64,000 nt of DNA from Candidatus Iainarchaeum sp. GTDB taxonomy: Archaea > Micrarchaeota > Micrarchaeia > Anstonellales > Bilamarchaeaceae. Location of the stretch: NCBI GenBank assembly GCA_028686985.1, contig JAQUBA010000001.1, forward strand, positions 17,194-81,193. The letters are read 5' to 3'. Positions 8,244 through 17,244 of the stretch are shown in pieces. Within the stretch, counting starts at the first letter, position 1. Each line of letters opens with the position of its first letter. The position numbers and the translations under genes were made by a program. The notes beneath the pieces are model-generated. The model was not told the DNA's origin. It worked only from the letters and a program-made list of their open reading frames with translations, and made no database searches.

Positions 8244-9232
8244 CGTTCCACCCTGGCGGTGTAATTCCTTCCGTCCCACACCACCTTCACGCTCGTGCCC
8301 CTGTAATTCTCCAGCACGGGTATGTTCCTTACGGTCCCCAGTTGCGCCGCACTTATCAGCGACTGTCTGGAATCCGTCCAGTCCGTGGCGCTCCCGCTTA
8401 TCACTATGACCTCCGGCTCCGTGTTGTCTATGAAATAGTTTATCTCAGTGAGCCCCGCGCCTATCCCATGGTTGGGCCATTGCACAATCCGGCACGGCCC
8501 GCTCAGCTGCGCAACGGTCTGCTGCGCACTCAGGATGCCGCCGGTCAGCAGCACGCAGAACCCGCGGTCCTCTATCTTGACCACAACCCCGTCATTATTT
8601 ACGTCAAAGAACCTTCCCGGCCCTTTTATGGGGTTGAGCACGGTTATGTTCATGCCGTTTATCTGCTTCGTGTCCCCCACGCCCACGACCCTGACGCTCT
8701 CGGCGCCAAGCGAATCCAAGTATGCGGTATAATTATCGCTCCCCTCCTCCGGCCTCCAGAGCTCCCCGAACTTGAACCTGTTTGATACATACTGCAGCCC
8801 GCCGGTTTCCGCGGGGTTGTCGTGGGTTGAGACGACCAGCTCAAAATCGTCAACGCCCGCCTCAAGGAGCATCGTCACCAGGCCCTGCCTCTTCTCCACA
8901 GGCCCGGCATCCACGAGTATGTCCGCATCCCCCTTCTTCACCAGGATGGCGTCTCCCTGCCCATCCCCGTATCCTACGTTGAAGAAATACACATACAAAT
9001 CAGAATTCGGGGTTTCCGTATATCTTACCACCGGCACGGTTTCCCCAGCGTTGCCCTCGCTAACGACCGTCCCCTCACCCTCCCCGATTACCAGGTGCCC
9101 GGAGGCGTTCTGGCTTCCGGTTGCCGGCTGCCCGCCGTTTCCAGCGCCCCCATCACCGGTTCCCGGCAGCGCGCAGCAGCCGAAGATGAGCAAAAGAACC
9201 ATCCCAAATGCAATCCGCTTCATAAATAACAC
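8240..9232 (-). CDS. Lipoprotein with a ComEC-type metallo-beta-lactamase fold and a degenerate metal motif
   Basis: Signal plus lipobox (LLLIFGCC). It has FFNVGYGDGQGDAILV...ILVDAGP like the ComEC/Rec2 MBL domain, but HxHxDH is replaced by THDNPAETGG and HHGS by PNHGIG. Confidence 0.6.
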   Translation of the reverse strand: MLFMKRIAFGMVLLLIFGCCALPGTGDGGAGNGGQPATGSQNASGHLVIGEGEGTVVSEGNAGETVPVVRYTETPNSDLYVYFFNVGYGDGQGDAILVKKGDADILVDAGPVEKRQGLVTMLLEAGVDDFELVVSTHDNPAETGGLQYVSNRFKFGELWRPEEGSDNYTAYLDSLGAESVRVVGVGDTKQINGMNITVLNPIKGPGRFFDVNNDGVVVKIEDRGFCVLLTGGILSAQQTVAQLSGPCRIVQWPNHGIGAGLTEINYFIDNTEPEVIVISGSATDWTDSRQSLISAAQLGTVRNIPVLENYRGTSVKVVWDGRNYTARVER

Positions 9233-9253
9233 CTCCCCATCTTTCCGTAGCCC

Positions 9254-9799
9254 TTATTTTATTAGTTTCCCCCGCGCATCCTCCAATTGAGCGCGTCCGA
9301 CGTCTTGTTTTCTCCGTAACTCCGGCATCAGCGCGCCGGAGAAGTGCAGGGGCCCGACCTCCGCAAAAATCCTTTCCATGAATTCAAAAGTATTTTCCGC
9401 TTCCTTCCTTTCCCCCCTTCGCAGATGGTCAAGCATCCTCCTCTTCAGCTCGCCCATGCAGTCCAGAAGCCCGTCCAGGTAGGATTCATCCCCAACCCCG
9501 ACCTCCGCCTGCGTAAGCATCTTTCCATCCTTCGCTATTCCGAGATACAGCTTTCCCTCAGCGTATTCCGCGTTCGGATGGGACATCCTCTTCTCCAGCC
9601 CCGAGGATTCCCTTTCCATTACATCCAGCACCCGCTTCGCCTCGCCCAGCAGTTTTTCCGCCTCCCCGAAATTCCCCAGATGGGTTTCCTTTATGGACTT
9701 TGAGCAGAAGCGCACCGCCTCCCTCTCCTTCACGATTAGCGAATCCAGCCGCCTTTCCTTCCCCAGCAGCCGCTCTTCTATGTCATTTACAAGCCCCAT
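9254..9799 (-). CDS. Translin-family protein
   Basis: SYLDGLLDCMGELKRRMLDHLRRGERKEAENTFEFMERIFAEV resembles the translin/TRAX C-terminal helices. The ORF track extends to 9853, but that leaves 10 nt to the divergent tpiA. Met19 (9799) lies about 25 nt after the TTAATAAA box. Confidence 0.6.
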   Translation of the reverse strand: MGLVNDIEERLLGKERRLDSLIVKEREAVRFCSKSIKETHLGNFGEAEKLLGEAKRVLDVMERESSGLEKRMSHPNAEYAEGKLYLGIAKDGKMLTQAEVGVGDESYLDGLLDCMGELKRRMLDHLRRGERKEAENTFEFMERIFAEVGPLHFSGALMPELRRKQDVGRAQLEDARGKLIK

Positions 9800-9863
9800 A
9801 AAGTAATCTCCGCCGTTTCGTTTATTAACCTGTTCCATATAATTACTGCACACGGGTGTCCAT

Positions 9864-10514
9864 ATGATAGTCCTTAATCTGAAAAATTACTCCGCGTCCT
9901 TTTCCCGCTGCCTCTCGCTCACTGACGCGGCGGCGAAGGTTTCCCACGACACGGGCGTGCGCATAATAGTGTGCCCGCCGCCCACGCACCTCAACTGCTC
10001 GGCCTCCATGTACAAGGACGTGTTCGCCCAACACACGGATGCGTTTGAGCAGGGGGCGCACACGGGTTTCATACTTCCCGAGGCCCTCAAATCCATTAAT
10101 GTAAAGGGCTCGCTGGTAAACCATTCCGAGCACCGCATCGGCGCGGAGAACGTGGGCAAAACAGTCCAGCTCCTCAAGCAGCACGGATTGGAGACAATAG
10201 TTTGCGGGGAGAATGCGGCCGAATGCGCGGAACTGGCCAAATCCACTCCCGATTATATCGCAGTAGAACCCCCGGAACTCATCGGCTCCGGCATTTCCGT
10301 CTCCACAGCAAAGCCGGAGGTAATCTCCTCCACAGTAGAGGCAGTAAAGGCCTCAAATTCCGCAGTAAGGGTCCTGTGCGGCGCAGGAGTCTCCACCAAG
10401 GAAGATGTAATCAAATCACGGGAACTGGGCGCAAAAGGGGTGCTTCTCGCCTCCGCGTACGTAAAGGCAAAGGACCCGGTCAAGTTCCTTCAGGAGTTCG
10501 CCGGGGCATTCTAG
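9864..10514 (+). CDS. tpiA: Triosephosphate isomerase (short archaeal type)
   Basis: NLKNY, SLVNHSEHR, AVEPPELIGSG and CGAGVST motifs; 216 aa. Confidence 0.9.
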   Translation: MIVLNLKNYSASFSRCLSLTDAAAKVSHDTGVRIIVCPPPTHLNCSASMYKDVFAQHTDAFEQGAHTGFILPEALKSINVKGSLVNHSEHRIGAENVGKTVQLLKQHGLETIVCGENAAECAELAKSTPDYIAVEPPELIGSGISVSTAKPEVISSTVEAVKASNSAVRVLCGAGVSTKEDVIKSRELGAKGVLLASAYVKAKDPVKFLQEFAGAF

Positions 10515-12415
10515 CCGTAGAATATCGGCCTCAATGAAAGCTCTTTTGGCAAGCTCAATTGTTCAAACGGCTTCCCTTCCGTTTTCTTCCTAATCTCCGC
10601 AGCCAATTCCTCAGCCGCCATCTCCTTCTTCGCCCCAGTCTCACGAATAGTAACGGATAATTTCCCGGCCTCCATCTCCTTGTCCCCAACCACAGCTACA
10701 TAGGGAACCCAGTCCTTCTCCACCTGCCTTATCTTCTTCCCAAGCGATTCTTCCCTGTCATCTATGTCCGCCCGCACGCCATCAAAAGAGGAAAACAGTT
10801 TCCCCGCATATTCCATATGCTTCTCAGAGATGGGAATAATTCTAACCTGCGTCGGAGAAAGCCAAAGAGGAAGAAGGGCCTTCTCCCCCTTCTCCATCCG
10901 CATTCCCTCCTTCTCCAGCAGCGCATACACGACCCTTTCCAAACTCCCGGAAATGGATGCATGCGTAATCACGGGCTTCTTCTTGCTCCCGTCCTCATCC
11001 ACATAATTTATCCCGTAGGTGTCCGCGTTCTCAACGTCAATCTGCACCGTAGTAAGTGCAGAGGCCTTGTCCATGGAGTCTATAAAATTGAACTCAAATT
11101 TGGTGATAAAGTACGCATACCTCTCGTCAAACATCTCCACGAGCACCGGCTTCCCAATCTTCTTCACCATCCGCGCATACCACTCCTTGTTCTTCTCGTA
11201 GAAGGCGGTTTCAATCCTAAATCCGACCTCCGCCTCATCATACAGCCCGACAGAAGAGAGCCAGGAAATCCCCAATCCCAACTGCCTCTCAAACTCCTCC
11301 TGTGACTGCGGAATGTCCCTGCAGAAGGCATGCATATCCGGCATCGTGAACGCGCGCAATCTTTTCAGCCCTGCGAGCTCCCCGCCCTGTTCGCGCCTAA
11401 ATGAATACCGGGTAAGCTCATACATTTTCAGGGGAAGGTGCCTGTGTGAAATCACCATACCGGTAGCCATAAGGAACTGCCCGAAGCACGCAGCAAACCG
11501 CAAAAACAATTTCTTCTCATCAGAGAGCACCACATACTGCCTCGCAGGGAAGCGGTCCAGGTACTTCTTCAAAGTAGGGTGCTCAAAATCGTACATCACC
11601 GGGGTCTCCACTTCCATCGCCCCGTAATCCACGCAAAAGTCGGTGATGCTCTTCTCAAGGATTTTCTTTATGAGCCGCCCGTTCGGATACCAGCGGAAGT
11701 TTCCCTGGTCCGTCCCTGGCTCGTAATCCACAAACTCATGCTCCTTCATTATCTTTATGTGCGGCGGCTCCTTCTCATAAGCCCGGACCTTCTTCGTCTC
11801 GTATTCCATGAACTTATGCAACCCTTCATGCCCCGTGTAGTTGAACTTCCCGTGTTCAACCAGTTTCCCGTCCGGTGTAAGGACATAGAACCTGCTCTTC
11901 AGGCCCGCTTCCTTCTTCAGCGAATCGGAAACCCGCTCTCCCGCATCAACGCTCTTTACCTCCGTCTCCTTCTTCTCGGCCTTCCCGCTTGTTGAAAACA
12001 CGCGCGAAAGCTCGCTCAAAGGATGCCCCTTCGCATAAACCGTGAATTTCTTGTAATACCCGAAAGGCGCCCTGACCACGTTGAACCCGTTCTCCTTCAG
12101 CGCCCCCTCCATGTCCTTCAGCACCTGGAGGGCGGCTTCCGGGGAAGCAGGCGTGCTCCCAAAAAGCAAATGCGCATACGGGTAGAGCATAACATTCTTG
12201 CACTTCACCTGCTCGGAAACCGAAATCAAATCCTCAACCGCCTGCTGCGCAATCCCGTTCAAATCCTCTTCATCCGACTTCTCCGCCGCAATCCGAACCC
12301 AGATTACGTCCTTCATCTCGCCTCTTTCCATCTCCTTGGAAATCTCTTCGGCGACCTTCGTCTTCCTGGTCGTCTCGTAGGAAACCTTGTCCGCGTGGAT
12401 AATGAGCTCCTTCAT
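10511..12415 (-). CDS. thrS: Threonyl-tRNA synthetase, archaeal type with N-terminal editing domain
   Basis: 634 aa. Class-II core motifs (FRREQGGELAGLKRLRAFTMPDMH), a C-terminal anticodon-binding domain, and an archaeal N-terminal editing-like domain. Confidence 0.9.
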   Translation of the reverse strand: MKELIIHADKVSYETTRKTKVAEEISKEMERGEMKDVIWVRIAAEKSDEEDLNGIAQQAVEDLISVSEQVKCKNVMLYPYAHLLFGSTPASPEAALQVLKDMEGALKENGFNVVRAPFGYYKKFTVYAKGHPLSELSRVFSTSGKAEKKETEVKSVDAGERVSDSLKKEAGLKSRFYVLTPDGKLVEHGKFNYTGHEGLHKFMEYETKKVRAYEKEPPHIKIMKEHEFVDYEPGTDQGNFRWYPNGRLIKKILEKSITDFCVDYGAMEVETPVMYDFEHPTLKKYLDRFPARQYVVLSDEKKLFLRFAACFGQFLMATGMVISHRHLPLKMYELTRYSFRREQGGELAGLKRLRAFTMPDMHAFCRDIPQSQEEFERQLGLGISWLSSVGLYDEAEVGFRIETAFYEKNKEWYARMVKKIGKPVLVEMFDERYAYFITKFEFNFIDSMDKASALTTVQIDVENADTYGINYVDEDGSKKKPVITHASISGSLERVVYALLEKEGMRMEKGEKALLPLWLSPTQVRIIPISEKHMEYAGKLFSSFDGVRADIDDREESLGKKIRQVEKDWVPYVAVVGDKEMEAGKLSVTIRETGAKKEMAAEELAAEIRKKTEGKPFEQLSLPKELSLRPIFYG

Positions 12416-12430
12416 GTTTCACACCACATA

Positions 12431-12446
12431 TGTAACCATAGTTACA
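12431..12446. promoter_or_regulatory. Palindrome TGTAACCATAGTTACA (copy 2 of 2)
   Basis: Read directly. It lies 1 nt after the TAG stop of secD and 16 nt upstream of the thrS ATG. The only difference from copy 1 falls in the central 4 nt. Confidence 0.6.
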
Positions 12447-12447
12447 T

Positions 12448-14088
12448 CTAGTCTCCAATCCCCTCCACTATGGCGGCATACGCCGGCCTGGAAAGCAAAA
12501 GCCCCAGCAGCGCCCCCAATATTGTGGAAATCGAGAACCCGATAATCTCAACCATTCCCGAAAACAGCAAAGGCACCATCGCAAACACGGCCACCGTTAC
12601 AGTGGTGGTCACGATGTCAAACGCCTTCGCCAGCTTCTCGTCCCTTGAGCCCTCCTTCTTGAGCAGCTCGTCCGTAATCACAATCTGCGAGTCAACACCC
12701 ACCCCGATCGCCGCTATTATGCCCGCCATCGCCGCCAAATCAATGGTAAAGGACCCGATGACCGAAAGCAGTATTATCATCTCGGAGAAGCTTATCGCTA
12801 TGATGGGCAGCAGTATGCTCATCTTCCTGTACCTCAGCGAAACCAGCGCGGAAATCGCCACCAGGGAAAGCCCAAGCCCGATGATGCTCATCTTCAGGAA
12901 CTCCTCCCCCAGGGGGGCAGGGATGACTGTCTTTGAACCTATGGAAATCTGTATGGGCAGCGCCCCCCCCTTGAGTATGGATTCTATCTTCCTCGCGCTC
13001 TCATATGCCGAAAGCGCCTTCTCGTTCCCGGCCCCCTGCGCAACCCCGCCAATCCTGAAGTTGTACGCCGGTATCCCGGTGGTTATGTCCGGGGAAAGGC
13101 TTGGGGAAGAAAGCAGCCCGACCGCGGACCATTCCTCCACAATGTATTCCTGGGTGTCCTCCCCATACATCAGCACGGGCGCAATCCCGTCCTCCGCCAC
13201 CACGACCTGGAACCCCCTCCCCCTGAGCTCCCCCCGGATGCTCGCGTTCATCTCCGCCGATATTATCGCCTTTGTCTGGTTCGTTCTCGGCTCAATCCCG
13301 CTAAGGTTCCCGTCATAAACATAAAGCCCGATATCATTCCCTTCCAGCGCGAGCGCCTTCCCCATTGCCGTGAGCATGCCCGCCCTGTCTACGACCTGCC
13401 CCGTGCCCTTCAGCTCGTCCCACGAGGCCACGATGACCGCATCGTTCGGCCTGTCCAAGAACATGTATACGGGATAATATGCCTTTCCATCCACAGTCCT
13501 CGCGAACAGCTCCGCGCCCTCCCTATTCACCGAGAAGCTCACGCCCCAGTCCTCCCCCTGCAATTGTGACGCTGAAAGCCGGTAGATGGTGCCCGGAAGT
13601 ATGTACTCGCCCTTCATCGCGGCCTTCCCATCAACGACGCCCGTATAAACTCCCTGCTGGGACAGCACGTCTTCCACGGATTTGATGAACTCCGGGTCCG
13701 AACTGGGCACCTCCACGTTTATCTGCGTGTCGCCGACTGCCCTCACCTTCACCTCCGTGAGCCCGAAGGCCGACGCCCTCTTCTTTATGGAATTCACCAT
13801 TTCGTCCATCACTGTTCCCTGCGCTGGCTGCTCAAGCACCACGGGAATTCTGGTCCCCCCGCTGAAATCTATCCCGAACTTCATCCCGTGCAGCACGATG
13901 TTGAAGCCCGCGAGGAGTATTATCGCGCCCAGGCACATGAGCTTGAGCTCCCTGCCCTCCCAGAAGTGGGAGAGCGCGCCGAACAGTATGAGCGCGCATA
14001 TCAGCACCAGCCCGGCGAACACCGGGTATGCGTATATGCCCGCCGCGAACAGCAGCACGAGCGCCGCGAGTATCTTCCTATTGTCCAT
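12448..14088 (-). CDS. secD: Protein-export membrane protein SecD
   Basis: N-terminal TM, a large periplasmic-type domain, and a C-terminal 5-6 TM bundle (GVGVDSQIVITDE). Its ATG overlaps the secF TGA by 1 nt. Confidence 0.85.
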   Translation of the reverse strand: MDNRKILAALVLLFAAGIYAYPVFAGLVLICALILFGALSHFWEGRELKLMCLGAIILLAGFNIVLHGMKFGIDFSGGTRIPVVLEQPAQGTVMDEMVNSIKKRASAFGLTEVKVRAVGDTQINVEVPSSDPEFIKSVEDVLSQQGVYTGVVDGKAAMKGEYILPGTIYRLSASQLQGEDWGVSFSVNREGAELFARTVDGKAYYPVYMFLDRPNDAVIVASWDELKGTGQVVDRAGMLTAMGKALALEGNDIGLYVYDGNLSGIEPRTNQTKAIISAEMNASIRGELRGRGFQVVVAEDGIAPVLMYGEDTQEYIVEEWSAVGLLSSPSLSPDITTGIPAYNFRIGGVAQGAGNEKALSAYESARKIESILKGGALPIQISIGSKTVIPAPLGEEFLKMSIIGLGLSLVAISALVSLRYRKMSILLPIIAISFSEMIILLSVIGSFTIDLAAMAGIIAAIGVGVDSQIVITDELLKKEGSRDEKLAKAFDIVTTTVTVAVFAMVPLLFSGMVEIIGFSISTILGALLGLLLSRPAYAAIVEGIGD

Positions 14089-15179
14089 CAGGCGCCACCC
14101 CCCTTGTGCTCCCTATAATACAGCACTATGACCGCGTTCAGCCCCCACGTCGCGAAAACGTCCCCCACGAGCCCCGCCAGCGCGACCGCGGAAATCTCAT
14201 AATACGTAGCCACGTGCGTGAGCATGGATACCGCGAACAGCACAAGGAACGCCACCATCGCGGAGAAGCTCATCGTCATCCCGGTCTTCATGGCGTCCCA
14301 TGCGTTCTCCCTCGGGTCGCCCCTGCGCTTCACCAGCCTCGTCGTGAGCAGCACGTCCGTGTCCAACGAGAACCCAATCAGCATCAGCAGCGCGGCAAAT
14401 GAGGGCAGCGTGAGCGGTATCCCGAAGAAGCTCATCGCGCCCAGCGCTATTATGATGTCGCTCGCGGCGCCCGTGAGCACAGCTATGCTGGGCACCACCG
14501 CCCTGAAGAAGAAGAACACGAGCGCCACGCTGAGCAGCGCGGACATGAGGACCACGCCACCCGCCTTCTCAAGGAAGTGCGCGCTGAGCGCCGGGCTCAC
14601 CGTAGTCGCGGATTTGCTGCTGTACTGCGCATACTGGTCTATTGTCTCCATCACCTGCTCAGTCTGTATGTCATTAACCCGCATGTATGCCTCATTGAGC
14701 TTGTCCTGCAGCCGGTTCAGGTTGTCATACATGCCAGCCTCCGTGTTCAGCCCGCCCAGCCCAAACATCTCGTCCGCTATGGCATCCAGTTTCGCCCTCT
14801 CCGTGCGGTATTCCGCCTCCTTGGACGCATTCGTGTTCGCCTCCGCCTCCAGGAAGGCGACCTCGTCCAGCTGGGCCGCGAACTCCTTCTTCAGTGCCTC
14901 AGCCCGCACCATTTGGTCCGTTTGCGACACCTCCACCTCCGCAACCCTGCCCAGCTCGCTCTCATACACCTTGACATTGGCATCAAATCCGTTCGCCAGC
15001 AGCTCGCCCTGCAGTGCCGCAGCATCCGGCTGGTTCGTCAGGTGCAGGGTGATTAGCGTCCCTCCCCTGAAATCCACGCCCATTTTCAGGTCCGGCAAAT
15101 AGTATATTGATAAAGCCACGAGTATGAGCGGGAAGATTATCAATAGGCGGTAATCCCCCTTATAGATGTTAGAAATCAT
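14088..15179 (-). CDS. secF: Protein-export membrane protein SecF
   Basis: MISNIYKGDYRLLIIFPLIL...GVDFRGGT and the C-terminal TM bundle. The track ORF (to 15356) runs through tRNA-Gly, so the start is placed at ATG 15179. Confidence 0.85.
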   Translation of the reverse strand: MISNIYKGDYRLLIIFPLILVALSIYYLPDLKMGVDFRGGTLITLHLTNQPDAAALQGELLANGFDANVKVYESELGRVAEVEVSQTDQMVRAEALKKEFAAQLDEVAFLEAEANTNASKEAEYRTERAKLDAIADEMFGLGGLNTEAGMYDNLNRLQDKLNEAYMRVNDIQTEQVMETIDQYAQYSSKSATTVSPALSAHFLEKAGGVVLMSALLSVALVFFFFRAVVPSIAVLTGAASDIIIALGAMSFFGIPLTLPSFAALLMLIGFSLDTDVLLTTRLVKRRGDPRENAWDAMKTGMTMSFSAMVAFLVLFAVSMLTHVATYYEISAVALAGLVGDVFATWGLNAVIVLYYREHKGGGA

Positions 15180-15227
15180 CCATTCTACCCCAAAACCTGT
15201 TTCTATTGGCTGATAATCTTTATAAAA

Positions 15228-15298
15228 TGCGGCCGCCGGGATTTGAACCCGGGTCGTTGGCTTGGAAGGCCAAAATCCTACCGCTAGACTACGGCCGC
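15228..15298 (-). tRNA. tRNA-Gly (anticodon UCC)
   Basis: Hand-folded sequence GCGGCCGTAGTCTAGCGGTAGGATTTTGGCCTTCCAAGCCAACGACCCGGGTTCAAATCCCGGCGGCCGCA. It has a 7-bp acceptor stem, anticodon loop CTTCCAA and T-loop TTCAAAT. No CCA is encoded. Confidence 0.9.
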
Positions 15299-15449
15299 TC
15301 AAAGAGGAAGGGGGGAGCGTCCCCCCTCTTCGTTCTCCGCCCCTCTTCCATTGCAACTCCTTGCAACGGGGCGTCGAACGAATCTCTTTATGGTAATCAT
15401 AACCCCCTTCAACTTCGCCCCATCACTCTTCGCTCGTGCTCCTTACGCC
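15299..15449 (-). repeat. tRNA-upstream conserved module, copy A (expanded by a ~50-nt insertion)
   Basis: It shares with copies B and C the hairpin (GGGGGGA-GCG-TCCCCCC, 15310..15326), the pyrimidine leader next to tRNA +1, and the core CTCTTTATGGTAATCAT...CTCCTTACGCC (15384..15449). The insertion forms its own TTGCAA-CTCC-TTGCAA hairpin (15351..15366). Confidence 0.65.
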
Positions 15450-15476
15450 GGGCGGGGTATTCCTAATATGCCCACA

Positions 15477-15490
15477 GAAGAAAATAAAAA
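15477..15490 (-). terminator. Oligo-T tract (TTTTTATTTTCTTC on the minus strand) after the K+ channel gene
   Basis: T-rich run beginning 4 nt after the stop at 15494. Archaeal intrinsic terminators are oligo-T tracts. Confidence 0.5.
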
Positions 15491-15493
15491 CCC

Positions 15494-15859
15494 TCATTTG
15501 CGGTCCGCCCGCCTCATGTACTTGGATACATCCGGCTTCTCCTCCTTCTCCCCGCGAATCTTGCTCATCAGCCCGCGCAACTTCGGGTCAAATGCGGCCT
15601 CCCGGTACATCGAAATGGTATATATGAGGTAGAACCCTATTGAAATGCCCACCCAGCTGAAGGCCACAGTCATCAGCTTTCCAATGTCCGTGTGCGGCAC
15701 CACGTCCCCGTATCCGACCGTTGTGATGGTCGCGGTCATGAAATACACGGAATTTATCCAGTCCCAGCCCTCAACGTTCTCGTAGAGCAGCACCCTGACC
15801 GCATAGATTATCAGCACCAGCAATACGGAGAAGAAAAGCCTCTTTCTCAATTCATCCAT
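15494..15859 (-). CDS. Minimal 2-TM potassium channel (121 aa)
   Basis: Selectivity filter TTVGYGD flanked by two TM helices. The start is placed at ATG 15859 (MDELRKRLFF); the upstream part of track ORF 15494..16150 is antisense to yjbQ. Confidence 0.8.
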   Translation of the reverse strand: MDELRKRLFFSVLLVLIIYAVRVLLYENVEGWDWINSVYFMTATITTVGYGDVVPHTDIGKLMTVAFSWVGISIGFYLIYTISMYREAAFDPKLRGLMSKIRGEKEEKPDVSKYMRRADRK

Positions 15860-15910
15860 ATGCACGTTTTTCTGTGCGTGTTTTTTAATCCTAACCCCGG
15901 AAATCCATCC

Positions 15911-16291
15911 ATGGATTCCTTCCGGGTGCGGACCTCCAGGAAAGTGGAAATCCTTGACATCACTTCCGAGGTGTCCCGCCGCCTGAAGCCAGGCTCCCTC
16001 CGCGCCCTCTTCACGCCGCACACAACCGCCGCCATCACGATAAACGAGTTCGGGCCGGGCATGAAGGCGGACTACGAGCGATTTCACTCTTCCATAGTGA
16101 AGGAAAAGGGCTGGAGGCACAAATCCGTTGAATCTAACGCGGAGGCGCACCTGCTCTCATCCCTTATTAAGCCCTCCATCTCAATTCCAATTGAGGGCGG
16201 CTCCCTTGCTCTGGGAACGTGGCAGAAAATCCTCTTAGTAGAGCTGGACGGCCCGCGCACGCGCACCGTCGGCATGCAAGTGATAAAATGA
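15911..16291 (+). CDS. yjbQ: YjbQ/UPF0047 family protein (secondary thiamine-phosphate synthase type)
   Basis: FTPHTTAAITINE...NAEAHLLSSL...GSLALGTWQKILLVELDGPRTR. Start at ATG 15911. Confidence 0.8.
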   Translation: MDSFRVRTSRKVEILDITSEVSRRLKPGSLRALFTPHTTAAITINEFGPGMKADYERFHSSIVKEKGWRHKSVESNAEAHLLSSLIKPSISIPIEGGSLALGTWQKILLVELDGPRTRTVGMQVIK

Positions 16292-16986
16292 AAGCAAAAA
16301 TACTCCACAACAAAACCAAGGATTGGGCGGCCAAAACCGCGAAGGAGGTTTCCGCGTTCCTCAAATCCACGAAGGTGCAGGAGGTTGAAAATGGCGCTGA
16401 CCTCACGATAACCGTTGGCGGCGACGGCACCATACTCTATTACAAGAACGAATTGGAGGGCGCGGTCTTCGGAATCGGAGGCGAGAAGAGCCACATGTGC
16501 CGTTCCATGCAGCACAACTGGAAAGAGGGGCTTTCCGCATTCCTGAAGAACCCGATTGCTGAGGAGCGCATGATGCTCTCCGTGCGCATGGGCGGGAAGG
16601 AGGCAGGCTTCGCGATAAACGACGCCGTAATAATCTCCAGGGACCATGGCATCCTTGAGGTTTCCGTCTCCATAGACGGCAGGCAGGCCTCGTTTGAGGG
16701 CGATGGCGTAATCGTGTCCACGCCCACCGGCTCCACCGCCTACTGCTATTCCGCTGGCGGCGCCCCCATGGACGAATCCCTGGATGCGTTTGAAATAGTC
16801 CCCATTGCCCCCTTCCGCCGCGCCTTTGACCCCATGGTGGTGGATGCGCGCAGGGAAGTCATAATCTACTCGCCGCAGCCCTCGCACCTGCTCATAGACG
16901 GCCAGCAGCTCGTTCAGCTTAGGGAGGGCGTCCGCGTCTCCGTAAATAAGCACAAGAGCAAAATAAGGTTCGCGATGGTCCCATGA
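16288..16986 (+). CDS. nadK: NAD kinase
   Basis: GGDGT motif (TVGGDGTILY) and TPTGSTAY. The ATG at 16288 overlaps the yjbQ TGA (ATGA). Confidence 0.85.
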   Translation: MKAKILHNKTKDWAAKTAKEVSAFLKSTKVQEVENGADLTITVGGDGTILYYKNELEGAVFGIGGEKSHMCRSMQHNWKEGLSAFLKNPIAEERMMLSVRMGGKEAGFAINDAVIISRDHGILEVSVSIDGRQASFEGDGVIVSTPTGSTAYCYSAGGAPMDESLDAFEIVPIAPFRRAFDPMVVDARREVIIYSPQPSHLLIDGQQLVQLREGVRVSVNKHKSKIRFAMVP

Positions 16987-17240
16987 ACACCGAACTCGTA
17001 AAAAAGGGGAGGGCAGAGGCCCACATCCGCATAGCCGGGCTCCTCCAGCTCCACCCCTTCATCGTAGTGAGGGAAAAGACCGCATTCGGCGAAATCCCCG
17101 TCCTTGTCCCGGAAAAGAAGGTCATCCTTCCCCTCACCGAGGCCATAAAGGTGGCGAACGAGCTGGACCTGCCGGTCCGCTGTGCCTCGGGGTTGGTTTT
17201 CCCAACCGGAAAGTTTGCAAGGGATTTCGCGATGAAGTGA
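16983..17240 (+). CDS. Hypothetical small protein (85 aa)
   Basis: ATGA overlap with the nadK stop, and 4 nt before thyX. No motif recognised. Confidence 0.4.
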   Translation: MNTELVKKGRAEAHIRIAGLLQLHPFIVVREKTAFGEIPVLVPEKKVILPLTEAIKVANELDLPVRCASGLVFPTGKFARDFAMK

Positions 17241-17244
17241 TTCC

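Noticed and set aside
15180-15356. The N-terminal 59-codon extension of the secF ORF.
   Set aside because: It reads straight through tRNA-Gly(UCC) on the same strand. The conserved SecF sequence begins at Met 15179.
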